The notes: generated from the letters alone by a model not told the origin. A DNA stretch of 64,000 bases from Prevotella sp. (GCA_031285625.1 JAITVV010000063.1:1-64000), one strand, 5' to 3'; shown: positions 7,908 to 18,853, counted from the stretch's first letter. Numbers and translations are program-made.

Positions 7908-10478
7908 TTATAATAAACTAATATAGACAGAAGCGTTTTCCAGATTTTCAGATTCTACCGTTAGCCGTAATTTACCTATTGCTCCTTTATAGCCTTTTAC
8001 AATAACTAGCATCAGTCCGTTGAAAGCTTCACGTTCAGTTTCGGAAAATGAGACCAAAGAAGTAGGATCACCATTATCGGTGGCAACAATCTCTCCCTCT
8101 CCTTCCAGTTTACATTTTATTTTATGGTTGGCAGTAGGAACAATGTTTCCTTCATTGTCACGAACAGAAACTGTAATAAAAGCCAATTCATTGTCGGTAG
8201 CTTTTATTTTATCCCTATCGGTAGAAAGATGCAATGATGCTGGTTCTCCTGTCGTTTTTATACTTTTGGTTACCCAATGCGCACCATTCTTGTAAGCAAC
8301 AGCTTTTAGCTCTCCGGGAGTATATACGACATCTTCCCATTTGAACCTATATTCATACAGACCTTTCCTTTTCTTACCTAAAGATTTGCCATTCACGAAT
8401 AGTTCGACTTCGTCACCCGAAGAATAAACGAATACAGGAGTAATTTTACCAATCCTGTCAGGAAAATTCCAATGGGGTAGGATATGTACCATTGGTTCTT
8501 CCGGCATCCAGTGGGCTTTATACAGATAGTAGCGGTCTTTAGGAAATCCCGCCAGGTCAACGATACCAAAATAGCTGCTGCGTGATAATGGACGTTCTTT
8601 TTCTATCTTTTCCAATTCTGCCCTTGCTTTTGCCAGGCCTTCTTCATCGAGTGTCGCATGATTCAGCAATACACTGGCATCACTATTGAAAGGAGTCGGT
8701 TCTCCCAGATAATCAAAGCCTGTCCACACAAATTCACCACATATAGCCGGATACTTATCCAACGCTGCAAATTCAGCATCGGCAATCGACCCCCAGCCGG
8801 GCTCTTTCAGGTCGTAAGAAGTGACATGATAGTCCTTTTCCTTTGGAAAATAAATCCCGCGAGAACTAAGCGTAGAACTGGATTCACTGGCATATCCCGA
8901 CAAGTGTTCATGCCCTGGATAGTTAAGGAATGTATCGTAAAAATCAGGACCGCCATAAACTCCCGATGGATAATTCATACCGTGGACGTCTACCTGAAAT
9001 TCTGTACCATTCACTGCGCTTTTACTGGGATAAGAAGCACCAAAAGATACCGGACGGGTTGTATCATAGAGTCTGACTATATCTCTCAGATATGCAGCTA
9101 CTCTCTTTTCAGGATGATATTGTTCTTCCACCTCGTTACCTAAACTCCACATAATGACGGAAGGATGATTCCTGTCTCTGCAAATTAATGCCTCGATATC
9201 TTTCTTATGCCATTCCTGATAATGAACCGAGTAATCGTTTTCGTTCTTACCACTCGCCCAACAATCAAATATTTCATCGAGAACAAGCATACCCATTTTA
9301 TCTGCCAGAGCCAACAATTCAGGTGCAGGAGGATTGTGGGAGGTACGTATAGCATTAGCCCCAAAGCTTTTTAATATTCTTATCTGTCTTTCCATTGCAC
9401 TGGTATTGACTGCTGTGCCTAACGCACCTAAATCATGATGCATACAGACTCCTTTTAACTGGACTCTTTTCCCGTTCAGCAGGAACCCATTATCATACGT
9501 AAACTCTATGGTACGAAAACCGAACGGCACATCATATACATCTGCCAGTTTCTTCCCATCATAAACAGAAACTCTGGCAAGATAAAGATTTCTATTCTCC
9601 AAATCCCACAAATGCGGTTTTTCCACTCTTAATGAAATCTGACTGCTGTCAATGGTGTTAGGTTGGATTGCAATATTACTTTTAGAATTCACTGCAACCT
9701 TCTCTTGAGGTTTACCATCTTTGTCCAGCTTAAATATTTCCACAATGTAACGGCTGTTTACTGCTTTCTTATTGTCATTTGCAATTTGAACTGTAATGGA
9801 TGTAGTGGCATATTGGTCATTAATTTCAGGAGTAGAAACAAACACGCCCCATTGAGGTATATGCAGGCGGTTAGCTTTAACCAGCCTTACATACCTGTAA
9901 ATACCAGCTCCCGGATACCAGCGGGAACCCAATTCTTCTGTATTGACCCTTACTGCAATGATATTCTCCGAATTGAAACGGATATGGGGAGTAAGGTCTA
10001 CTCTGAAAGAGCTATATCCATAAGGACGTTCTCCGATTTTTTCTCCATTAAGATACACTTCAGCATTGGCCATCACACCATCAAAATCAAGAAATAGCAT
10101 TTTATCTTTATCTGCATTTTGCACGCTGAAATGTTTACGATACCAACCGATTGCCCGCCAGGGTAATTTGCCTGTGTATCCGTCCAAATCTTCCCTGAAA
10201 GGCCCTTCGATACCCCAGTCATGAGGGACATCCAGTTTTCTCCAGCCCTTATCATCGAAGGCCATTTCTTTAGGAGAGGGTGAGGCCGGATTTCCATTTG
10301 TATCCGGTTCTTTGACTTTTGTACCATCGGCCTGTAAGCCGTATCTTTTAAATAACCAATCGTTATTGAAACTTATAATCTCCCTGTCCGATTGAGCATG
10401 TATATAATCCGAAAATATAAGGGGCAGTAGTAAAAATAATAAAATGATTCTCAACAATAGTTTATAAATATTCTTCAT
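7908..10478 (-). CDS. GH2 beta-galactosidase
   Basis: Signal peptide; VPHDWGIE, GVCMHHDLGALG, IRTSHNPP, RDRNHPSVIMWSLGNE, WTGFDYLGEPTP. Confidence 0.92.
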   Translation of the reverse strand: MKNIYKLLLRIILLFLLLPLIFSDYIHAQSDREIISFNNDWLFKRYGLQADGTKVKEPDTNGNPASPSPKEMAFDDKGWRKLDVPHDWGIEGPFREDLDGYTGKLPWRAIGWYRKHFSVQNADKDKMLFLDFDGVMANAEVYLNGEKIGERPYGYSSFRVDLTPHIRFNSENIIAVRVNTEELGSRWYPGAGIYRYVRLVKANRLHIPQWGVFVSTPEINDQYATTSITVQIANDNKKAVNSRYIVEIFKLDKDGKPQEKVAVNSKSNIAIQPNTIDSSQISLRVEKPHLWDLENRNLYLARVSVYDGKKLADVYDVPFGFRTIEFTYDNGFLLNGKRVQLKGVCMHHDLGALGTAVNTSAMERQIRILKSFGANAIRTSHNPPAPELLALADKMGMLVLDEIFDCWASGKNENDYSVHYQEWHKKDIEALICRDRNHPSVIMWSLGNEVEEQYHPEKRVAAYLRDIVRLYDTTRPVSFGASYPSKSAVNGTEFQVDVHGMNYPSGVYGGPDFYDTFLNYPGHEHLSGYASESSSTLSSRGIYFPKEKDYHVTSYDLKEPGWGSIADAEFAALDKYPAICGEFVWTGFDYLGEPTPFNSDASVLLNHATLDEEGLAKARAELEKIEKERPLSRSSYFGIVDLAGFPKDRYYLYKAHWMPEEPMVHILPHWNFPDRIGKITPVFVYSSGDEVELFVNGKSLGKKRKGLYEYRFKWEDVVYTPGELKAVAYKNGAHWVTKSIKTTGEPASLHLSTDRDKIKATDNELAFITVSVRDNEGNIVPTANHKIKCKLEGEGEIVATDNGDPTSLVSFSETEREAFNGLMLVIVKGYKGAIGKLRLTVESENLENASVYISLL

Positions 10479-10491
10479 GGCAGGTGGTTTA

Positions 10492-10543
10492 ATGAAGAGG
10501 GTACGTCAAACATTTATTCAGGATTTGGCGCTTCCCTCTTCAT
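10492..10543. other. Intergenic stem-loop between GH53 and GH2
   Basis: ATGAAGAGGG...CCCTCTTCAT; a related hairpin lies at 13724-13758. Confidence 0.6.
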
Positions 10544-10549
10544 GATATT

Positions 10550-11590
10550 TTATTCTTTAAATACGTCCATTGCTATAGTTGGCATTCCGTTATTATCGAA
10601 AGCCCCCATTGTATAATTTTTCCAATTGCCATAGGATTGTGGTTCCCAGTAGAATATCCCCAAGCATTTATCATTTGGAATAGCTTTAGCCTTTGTTATC
10701 AGATCACTGAGGAACAATTTACATACTTCGGCTGCATCCCATGGCATACCTACTTCACATATCATCACCTCCGAGCCATACCTACTGATCATATCATTTA
10801 TATTTGCAATGCAGTATGTATTCGCCTGTTGCCATATATCTTTTAGAGGATATAATGACATACCAATAATATCCCATTTTCCGTTGTTGGCTTTTAAGCC
10901 GTCGAATAACGAGCGGAATAAACTGTTATTATCCCCACCTTGCACATGTACAATAACTTTGGCATCAGGGAATATCTCTTTTACTGCATCGTATCCGGCA
11001 TTGTTTAGTTTAGCATAATTTTCCATGCTTACGGATGTTTTTCCATCTTCCCAAAGCATTCCGAAACCGGTTTCGTTACCTACCTGAACCCATTCCGGAG
11101 TAATACTGTGGGATTTCAGTTCATTTAAAACCTCTTTGGTATGATTGGCTACTGCAATTTGCAATTCATCCATGTCCATACCATTCCATGCTGCGGGTTT
11201 GGTTTGCTGAATAGGATCTGCCCACCAGTCGCTATAATGAAAAGCTATCATTAAACGCATGCCCAGACGGTTTGCACGAATTGCTTTTACCAGCATATCG
11301 TCCTTGTTGCACCAACCATCTTTAGGGTTTACCCATACACGTAATCGTATAGAATTCATGCCGAGGTCGCGTAATAGTGATATACATTCAGTTTCACGAC
11401 CTGTTCCACTGTAGAATTTTTTTCCTGCCTTTTCCATTTCGGTAAGCCAGCCAATATCGGCTCCTTTGGCAAAGCCTGTCATATCATAAACCGGTGGTTC
11501 TTTGCCTGGGGATGGGTTTTCATCATCGCTGCAAGCATACAAAGGTGTTGTTAACAGAAGTACGGATATAAGGATGTTTTTTAGTTTCAT
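10550..11590 (-). CDS. GH53 endo-beta-1,4-galactanase lipoprotein
   Basis: Lipobox LYAC; AKGADIGW, IRLRVWVNP, FHYSDWWADP, WVQVGNET, GIFYWEP. Confidence 0.92.
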   Translation of the reverse strand: MKLKNILISVLLLTTPLYACSDDENPSPGKEPPVYDMTGFAKGADIGWLTEMEKAGKKFYSGTGRETECISLLRDLGMNSIRLRVWVNPKDGWCNKDDMLVKAIRANRLGMRLMIAFHYSDWWADPIQQTKPAAWNGMDMDELQIAVANHTKEVLNELKSHSITPEWVQVGNETGFGMLWEDGKTSVSMENYAKLNNAGYDAVKEIFPDAKVIVHVQGGDNNSLFRSLFDGLKANNGKWDIIGMSLYPLKDIWQQANTYCIANINDMISRYGSEVMICEVGMPWDAAEVCKLFLSDLITKAKAIPNDKCLGIFYWEPQSYGNWKNYTMGAFDNNGMPTIAMDVFKE

Positions 11591-11605
11591 GATTAAAAAG
11601 ATAAG

Positions 11606-13303
11606 TTATTCAATTATATATGTTTCTTCTATCAGGTTTACTGTCAATGTATATGTTCCGGGAGCCAGCGAAGTATCATCTCTAATATTACTGCCCAGAT
11701 AATATAATTTACCGTCACTGCCACCAAATTTATGGTTCCATGTGTTATCGATATGTATCTCGAAACCCCATTGGGAAGCAATAGTGATTGTAATACTACC
11801 TGAATATACTCCCGGAGTTTCAGTAGCATTAAGTACTGTCTCAAAATCCCAAACATCATTTAGCCCGGACAAGAATATCTTGTCGCCTATTCTGAGTAAA
11901 TTGTAAGTTAATTCTTTCAACTTAATGTCAAAGAGATAGAGACCCGGAGTAGGTGCCGGCAGATTATTTTCACTTTGCCAAAGTAGTGTTCCCGAATAAG
12001 CATCGCCTTCACCCAGAGTATATTTGTTGTCCCAGTTACCATCTTCTGTATTAATACTATATCCCCATTTTGAATTTACATTTGCAACTCCTGCATAAGC
12101 CAGATTATCTTCGTTATAAATGGAAAGAGTATTATCAAAATTCCAATCACTATTGGTTATTCCATCATCAATACCAGGTAAAAAAACAAATGGACGAATC
12201 GGTTCAGGCTCAGCCAAACCACTTGAAGCCTCGCATGTCCATTCTCTAGGATTGCTCAAATCAACAGTCAATATATGTTTTCCTGCTTCAGCTACTGTAA
12301 CGGTAATCTCTCCTGCTTGCTGGGCAAGTACAATGTTTGTGTTTTCCTGTGCGAAAGCTATGGGTGTATCAATGGTTATTGCCTCATTACTATCTCCGGT
12401 CGACATATTATAAAGATTACCCCTTCCCTGCAATTTAACTTTCAAACTTCCGGCAGCGGCAGCATTGAATGCTAAATACCATTTGGTGTTGGGACGATCG
12501 AATGTCATTTCTCCCTCAATATCACCACTTACTTGTAAGGTAGGAATATATATAGTAGACCATTCTTTCTTAATAGTATTAAATTCTACATAATGACAAC
12601 CTCCGGCGTCTGGGAACCAACAATTCCATTTAGTATCGTTTGACGATATCTGGAATGGTATTCCGGTTTCTCCATCATTACCCCAGATTATACCATCTCC
12701 TCCGCATAAATAAAAGTTGTACCAGTTTACTGCACCCATAAATCCTTTATATATTCCGTTTGCTTCGGGCGAAGACAGTTTCCAGGGTGTATTTTCTTGC
12801 TCTTTATTAAGAATAAAGCCAACAGTCATGTCAATATCATACGAAGTAAGATTTACTGTCATTATATTACTATAGAAGGGCTTTGTATTATTGCTTACAA
12901 CCGATTTTAACCGAATATATACAGGGGTTTCAACACCAGCGGTCATATTCAGGTTCTTAGCTATTGCATTTAATTCGGCTCCTGTATATGCCCTTGATAA
13001 GTTAGTTTCCAATGTCTCAACTAGATTGGCCGAAAAATCATTTGAAGTAGACATTTGTGTATAAACCGATTCAAGATCAGATGAGTCCATTTCCGGGTTA
13101 CTTACAGCAAGTGTACTCTTGGTCCATGTCAAAGACAATACAACTTTACCGACTTCTTCCTGTCGAAGTACAATATTACTTGCGGTAGCAATCAGGTAAT
13201 TACTTTCGTGATCATAGGGGTCTATTTTATCATCATCTTTCTCGCAGCCAGCCAGCAATAGGATTGCTACAAGGCTATGTATAAATTTTATATATGATTT
13301 CAT
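11606..13303 (-). CDS. SusE/F-like surface glycan-binding lipoprotein (DUF5114-like)
   Basis: Lipobox LAGC; SusE-type N-terminal domain (LSLTW...YTGAELNAIAKNL); Trp-rich CBM-like repeats; directly upstream of GH53. Confidence 0.75.
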   Translation of the reverse strand: MKSYIKFIHSLVAILLLAGCEKDDDKIDPYDHESNYLIATASNIVLRQEEVGKVVLSLTWTKSTLAVSNPEMDSSDLESVYTQMSTSNDFSANLVETLETNLSRAYTGAELNAIAKNLNMTAGVETPVYIRLKSVVSNNTKPFYSNIMTVNLTSYDIDMTVGFILNKEQENTPWKLSSPEANGIYKGFMGAVNWYNFYLCGGDGIIWGNDGETGIPFQISSNDTKWNCWFPDAGGCHYVEFNTIKKEWSTIYIPTLQVSGDIEGEMTFDRPNTKWYLAFNAAAAGSLKVKLQGRGNLYNMSTGDSNEAITIDTPIAFAQENTNIVLAQQAGEITVTVAEAGKHILTVDLSNPREWTCEASSGLAEPEPIRPFVFLPGIDDGITNSDWNFDNTLSIYNEDNLAYAGVANVNSKWGYSINTEDGNWDNKYTLGEGDAYSGTLLWQSENNLPAPTPGLYLFDIKLKELTYNLLRIGDKIFLSGLNDVWDFETVLNATETPGVYSGSITITIASQWGFEIHIDNTWNHKFGGSDGKLYYLGSNIRDDTSLAPGTYTLTVNLIEETYIIE

Positions 13304-13339
13304 ATTGATTAATAATTAATGAGATGAACATTGCGGTAC

Positions 13340-13705
13340 TTTATATTGCCTTCGGGACTAACTGCCGTTACAGCCTTCTGTATTGTACGCCATGGGTAAT
13401 TTGCCTGTGTGTCCGTCCAAATCTTCCCTGAAAAACTATTCAATACCCTAGTCATGAAGTACATCCAGTTTTCTCCGGTCCTTATCATTGAAGGCTATTC
13501 CTTTAGGAGAAGGATTTCCATTTGTGCCCGGTTCTTCGATCTTTGTGCCATCAGCCGTACCGTTTGAACAACCAGTCGTTATCAAAACTGATAGTCCCCG
13601 TATATGATTGGGGATATATTGAGTTTGATAACATAAGCATCAATCTAGTTATGAGTACCTTTAAACTTCTTAATGAAGACTTTTCAGAAAAGAGATTTTT
13701 TTCAT
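13340..13705 (-). pseudogene. Chimeric relic: 5' part of a GH2 paralog fused to a fragment of a beta-helix paralog
   Basis: 13394-13592 aligns with 10161-10378; 13340-13395 translates PWRTIQKAVTAV, matching ~7620-7673; start context CTGCCATGAA shared with the GH2 gene. Confidence 0.85.
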
Positions 13706-13785
13706 GGCAGACGACGTTATAAAAGAGGGTGCTTTTCATAGAAGGATAAACACCCTCTCACTTTTTACAATGTAAATAACCTTAA

Positions 13786-15330
13786 TTAATATCCAGGATT
13801 CTGTTTAATGATACCTTGACCCGCTATAATTGCCGGCTCCGGTAAAGGAAAACGATGATGATTTTCGTTTACAATAGCTACCTGACCGTAATCGGCACAT
13901 TTTTGAGTCATTGCTTTTACATACGAGCCATCGCGAATAAGATCCTGACGGCGGCAGCCTTCATAATAAAATTCATGAGCACGTTCCATCAATAATTTAT
14001 CAAGGAAATCGCGCGAATCGGAGAAGGATGCCAGAGTATATGGTGTCAGGCCGGCACGGGTTCTCACCTCGTTCAACAGATTGACAGCTTCTTGTGTAAC
14101 TGTATTTCCATCTCTCACAATGGCCTCAGCTAACAGGGTCAACACATCGGCATAACGATATACAATCCAGTCTGTCTGGCACTCAATCCCTACATTGTTA
14201 GTTTCTATTTTATACTTCAATGGAATTACGCCATCCAGTAAAGAGTTGTTTTGTCCTTTATTGGCTTCATTATAGACATTGCCGCTCCAATCTTCATACT
14301 CGGAAATGATAGTCTGTTTGCGCTGGTCATTTCCTTCGAATGTTTTAAAGAACTTCCATGTCATTTTATAACCTCCCCATCCTCCGGCAAATGCTCCGTT
14401 AGGCGATGATTTAAGATTATTGGGTACAACATGCGGATACCATACGTGAACCTGAGAACCGGAAACACAATTGACAGACCATATAGTTTCTGAGTTCTTT
14501 TCATTTGCAAAAGTGAAGATATTAGCGTATGCTGATCCTTCAGCTCCCTTGTCTGTCACTAATGCGTATTTGTATTCTGGCTTTTGTAATTCACGGGCTT
14601 CAGTAATCGCTTTATCCCATTGCTGTGTCTGCATATAGAATTTTAGTAATACTATGTGGCACAAGCCTTTTGTAAACCGCCCATAATCAGCATCACTTTT
14701 CCCATAGCTATATGGCAGAACTTTTGCAGCTTCGGTCAACTCGGTGACAATAAATTCCCTCATCTCTTCTTCGCTTAAACGGGGAAGTATCTTCTCGTCC
14801 AGCGGGTTTTTAAGTGTTTCCATATCTGCCACAATAACAGGGCCATAGAGATCATATAGTAAAAAAGCTAAGAAGCCGCGGCCGCAACGCAGTTCCGCTA
14901 TATATTGGTTCAAGCGGTCCTGGTTCATGTCTACACCGGATATCCGGTCAATCGTAAGTGTCATTCTGCTAATCCCGTTCAAAAAAGTGGTCCAGGGATA
15001 GTAGAGACGTTCTACCTCCTGAACAGGAGGAGTCCAACGGGCAAACTCCAGAGGTTCCCACACCGAGCCGCCCCATGTGCAAAAGCCATAGTCAGATGCC
15101 ATATCAGATATAAGCATAAAACCGTTAGCGACATTAAACATACCTCCATAATTATAGTTGTGAAATGGAGTATAAGCATTCCCGGTAACCAAGTCGCGTA
15201 CATCACGTTCTGTCTTCGGATATATTTGAGGATTAATCTCATCATACATTTCCGATTTTAGCTCGCAACTTTGTAACCCACATATTATGATGGCAATTAG
15301 CCCAATTATATATATATTCTTATTTTTCAT
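13786..15330 (-). CDS. SusD/RagB-family nutrient-binding lipoprotein
   Basis: Lipobox LQSC; YRYADVLTLLAEA, LNEVRTRAG, ERAHEFYYEGCRRQDLIR, terminal QNPGY. Confidence 0.95.
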   Translation of the reverse strand: MKNKNIYIIGLIAIIICGLQSCELKSEMYDEINPQIYPKTERDVRDLVTGNAYTPFHNYNYGGMFNVANGFMLISDMASDYGFCTWGGSVWEPLEFARWTPPVQEVERLYYPWTTFLNGISRMTLTIDRISGVDMNQDRLNQYIAELRCGRGFLAFLLYDLYGPVIVADMETLKNPLDEKILPRLSEEEMREFIVTELTEAAKVLPYSYGKSDADYGRFTKGLCHIVLLKFYMQTQQWDKAITEARELQKPEYKYALVTDKGAEGSAYANIFTFANEKNSETIWSVNCVSGSQVHVWYPHVVPNNLKSSPNGAFAGGWGGYKMTWKFFKTFEGNDQRKQTIISEYEDWSGNVYNEANKGQNNSLLDGVIPLKYKIETNNVGIECQTDWIVYRYADVLTLLAEAIVRDGNTVTQEAVNLLNEVRTRAGLTPYTLASFSDSRDFLDKLLMERAHEFYYEGCRRQDLIRDGSYVKAMTQKCADYGQVAIVNENHHRFPLPEPAIIAGQGIIKQNPGY

Positions 15331-15357
15331 CTTCGTATATTCTTATGTTCTTAGTAA

Positions 15358-18300
15358 TTAGAATGAAATATCTACGCCAAAACTGAAAGATGTCACATTT
15401 GGATACGAATAATTTCCTGTATCGGTTTCAGGGTCCACTCCGTTCCAGTTTGTAATAACAAACGGGTTGTTAACATTCGCGGAAATACGTATGCTGTTTG
15501 CTATTGATTTGGCAACAGGGATTGTATATCCGACTGTAATATTCCGGCATCTCAGATAATTGATTTTCTTGAAATAGTAGTCTCCAACGCCATACGAGCT
15601 TTGAAGGAGGCTTGGAACCGTTGTATTCTGGTTGTCATTCGAATATGAATCCAAAGTGCGCCGTGACAGGTTGGTCAAATTGCCTCCTAATCCAGTTATC
15701 CATGAATCATAATAGCTGGCTCCTCGCAAACGTCCAAACTCGCCATAGAAATAAATATTGAAGTCCAGATTTTTGTATCGGACTGTATTATTAAATCCTA
15801 CGCTACATTTCGGGTCTGAGGTACCCAGGTAAACGATATCATACTGATTCAACAAGTTAGGCGAACCTTCTTCGTCATAAACATTTTTCAGTTTAATCTG
15901 CCCCGGTAATAAAGACGGTTGCCAAGCCGGAGCCGTTTCACCGGCCTGCAATAATCCGTCGGATAAATTGACATAATGAGAACGTATCGGGTCTCTTTCC
16001 GACTCGTAGTAAGCAGGTGTCCAATTCGGGTCACGTTCGTACCAGTTATCTTTGTTGGTAGAGAAAGTGAAATCGGTACTCCATGTCCAGTCTTTATTTG
16101 TAATATTCACGGTATTCAGTGTCAACTCAAACCCGCGGCCTTGTGTTTTGCCCATATTCGCTGCAATCTTATTAATCTCATTATACGCAGGCAGAGGTTT
16201 GTTGTTAACCAACAAATCAGAGATTATCCGGTTGTAATATTCCATAGTCAATGCAATCCGGTTATCCAGGAAGCCTAATTCTAAGCCAACATTGAATTCG
16301 CTAGTAGTTTCCCAGGTTAATTTTCTGTTTCCCAGTTTTGTTGTTGCAGTACCCGTATATCCGTCGTTCCCGAATACCCAGCCGGCAATCACACCGTAAG
16401 CATCTGTCATATAGTTTCCAATATTGGAGTTCCCGGTTTGTCCGTAACTGGCCCTCAATTTACCATTCGAGAGAATATTGGAAAACGGCTTCATAAATTC
16501 TTCATCACTGAACCGCCAACCTAACGATACAGAAGGAAAATAACCCCAGCGGTAATCCGGATGGAAATTTGCAGCACCGTCGGCACGGACAGTAGCCGTC
16601 AACAAGTATCTACCCAGATATGAATAGTTCAACCTGGCGAAATAAGAACCCAAAGAATTATTATAAGCAGAAGAATTTACAAATGGTTTAGCACTGCCTC
16701 CTGCCCACAAACTATTATAAAGGAAACCATCGGTAGAGAAATCTTCATTACCAGCAAATACACTTTCTACATTAAATTGTTGGTAGGAATACCCTACTAA
16801 TGCTGTCAGGTTATGGCTACCAAATTCTTTTGTATAGTTTGCCGTTAATTCCATAAGGTAATCCATATTATCCCTTTGCAGAATATTGGCTATTCCGCCT
16901 TTTGCATATCCGGCTATCGTAGTAGTAGGTACATAACTCTTGTTTTTGTCATACCTGCGGTCAAAACCTAAATTCGCTTTCAGAATTAAACCTTTTATGG
17001 GTTCTACTTGAACATAACCACTGGCAAGTACCCGGTCATTTGTCGTTTTATCCGTAATCTCCAGTAAAGAAACAGGATTCGGATACTGCGCCATATCCGG
17101 GAATATTGAATAATCACCATTTTCATCCCGGACAGGAACACTCGGGTCGAAGCGTAAGGCCGATGTTATAATACCCGCTCTTTCAAAGTCACTATCCCCC
17201 AACTGGGAATTATCATACTGATTCCGGCTCAGGTGGAATGAGAATCCGGTTTTCACATACTTAGAAATTTCCTGATCCAAATTTACTTTCATGGTAAACC
17301 TGTCCATTGCGTTATTTCTAACAATACCTTTCTGGTTAAAGTAATTTAAGGATGCTGCGTATTGTGTTTTCTCAGATCCACCGGTTAAAGATACATTATG
17401 GGATTGTTGTATTCCGGTACGTGTTATTTCATCCAGCCAATCTGTAGTTTGTGCAGCTGCAATTTCCGCATCAGTATATCTTGGAATATAAGGATCGTTT
17501 GCAGGTGCGGGTTTACCACCATATATTCCTTGTCCCGTCTTATGCAACCATGTTTCGTGAACAAACCGGTTTCTCTGTGTCATATATTCCTGGGCATCCA
17601 GCATTTTATAATTGTTCCTGACGTTTTGCACTGTCACGTTTCCGGAATAAGTAACTTTAGGTGCTCCGCTTTTACCTCTTTTAGTCGTAATAATGATAAC
17701 CCCATGACCGGCGCGTGACCCGTAAATGGCTGTTGCACTTGCATCTTTTAGGACTTCAATAGATTCTATATCATTGGGGTTGATAGATGCTAATATATTA
17801 TCGACAGTTCCGGTTTTATAGTAATTCCTATCCGAATCCAGAGTCCAAGAAGTGGAAACTGGAAAACCATCAATGATAAAAAGAGGGTCATTCCCTGCAT
17901 TAATGGATGTTGCTCCACGAATACGGAATGTCGCACCACCACCTACTTGTGCACTGTTCTGAAATACCTGCAATCCGGCAGCTTTGCCTGCCAGGGCATG
18001 AGAGACGGTTGATATGGTTCCGACAGGAGTGTCGGTCATCTTTACCGATGATATAGCACCGGTAAGGTCACGTTTTTTCTGTACTCCGTAACCCACAACG
18101 ACTACTTCATCAAGGCTTTGGGCTTCTTCATTCAATACAATCTGGAACTGTGTCTGTCCTTTTATATCAATGTTCTGACTCAAAAATCCAACGTATGAAA
18201 CAAGTAAAGTTCCGGTTTCAGGGACTGATAAAGAGAATTTCCCATTGAGATCAGTCATAGTTCCGTTTGTGGTACCTTTGACACTTACATTTGCTCCGAT

Positions 18301-18735
18301 AATAGGCTCTCCTGCTTGGTCGGTTACTGTTCCTGAGATATTTTTCTTTACTTGTTTGAATAGAGATATGTGTTTATTGGTGATACGATAAGATATATCC
18401 GTACCCTTAAATAGTTCGTCCAATACAGCTTTGATATCTTTATCTTTTACTGATATTGAACGCTGATTATTTTTGTCTATTTCTTGTGTATTATAGACAA
18501 ATTTATATCCGGTTTCTTGTTCAATTGTATTGAATATTTGTTCATAAGAAGCATTCTTAAGGTCTAGTGAGACAGCATTTGATTGGGCTATCACAAAATT
18601 TGTCGAAAAGAAAAAAAAGCTAATACAGATAATTAAAATACGAGTAAGCTGTTTTTTTTCGCAAGAAATTGAGTTATAGAACCCTAAATGGACATTATTT
18701 TTTCTCTTATGCCCAATAAGTAACTTATTATTCAT
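15358..18735 (-). CDS. SusC/RagA TonB-dependent transporter with N-terminal STN signalling domain
   Basis: STN domain, LDEVVVVGYG, IESIEVLKDASATAIYGSRA, LTWETT, terminal Phe. Confidence 0.95.
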   Translation of the reverse strand: MNNKLLIGHKRKNNVHLGFYNSISCEKKQLTRILIICISFFFFSTNFVIAQSNAVSLDLKNASYEQIFNTIEQETGYKFVYNTQEIDKNNQRSISVKDKDIKAVLDELFKGTDISYRITNKHISLFKQVKKNISGTVTDQAGEPIIGANVSVKGTTNGTMTDLNGKFSLSVPETGTLLVSYVGFLSQNIDIKGQTQFQIVLNEEAQSLDEVVVVGYGVQKKRDLTGAISSVKMTDTPVGTISTVSHALAGKAAGLQVFQNSAQVGGGATFRIRGATSINAGNDPLFIIDGFPVSTSWTLDSDRNYYKTGTVDNILASINPNDIESIEVLKDASATAIYGSRAGHGVIIITTKRGKSGAPKVTYSGNVTVQNVRNNYKMLDAQEYMTQRNRFVHETWLHKTGQGIYGGKPAPANDPYIPRYTDAEIAAAQTTDWLDEITRTGIQQSHNVSLTGGSEKTQYAASLNYFNQKGIVRNNAMDRFTMKVNLDQEISKYVKTGFSFHLSRNQYDNSQLGDSDFERAGIITSALRFDPSVPVRDENGDYSIFPDMAQYPNPVSLLEITDKTTNDRVLASGYVQVEPIKGLILKANLGFDRRYDKNKSYVPTTTIAGYAKGGIANILQRDNMDYLMELTANYTKEFGSHNLTALVGYSYQQFNVESVFAGNEDFSTDGFLYNSLWAGGSAKPFVNSSAYNNSLGSYFARLNYSYLGRYLLTATVRADGAANFHPDYRWGYFPSVSLGWRFSDEEFMKPFSNILSNGKLRASYGQTGNSNIGNYMTDAYGVIAGWVFGNDGYTGTATTKLGNRKLTWETTSEFNVGLELGFLDNRIALTMEYYNRIISDLLVNNKPLPAYNEINKIAANMGKTQGRGFELTLNTVNITNKDWTWSTDFTFSTNKDNWYERDPNWTPAYYESERDPIRSHYVNLSDGLLQAGETAPAWQPSLLPGQIKLKNVYDEEGSPNLLNQYDIVYLGTSDPKCSVGFNNTVRYKNLDFNIYFYGEFGRLRGASYYDSWITGLGGNLTNLSRRTLDSYSNDNQNTTVPSLLQSSYGVGDYYFKKINYLRCRNITVGYTIPVAKSIANSIRISANVNNPFVITNWNGVDPETDTGNYSYPNVTSFSFGVDISF

Positions 18736-18763
18736 ATTTTTGTATGTTAAAAATTTGATACTT

Positions 18764-18853
18764 GGCAGTTATAGAAGACTGCCGGTTGACAATTTACGTT
18801 TGGGGGTGTTTGCGTCATCCCCAAATGTTTTTTAGGAATTACGGACTCTTCAT
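18764..18853. promoter_or_regulatory. Structured leader between fecR and susC
   Basis: Hairpins at 18764-18783 and 18797-18827; mini-ORF MKSP* at 18853-18839 on the minus strand. Confidence 0.45.

Noticed and set aside
10161-13592. DGR template/variable repeat pair
   Set aside because: Differences are not adenine-specific, include indels, lie at a gene 5' end, and no reverse transcriptase is present.
13522-13739. 62-aa and 66-aa ORFs as genuine small proteins
   Set aside because: They are by-products of the decayed GH2 copy (ISFDNDWLFKRYG matches the GH2 N-terminus).
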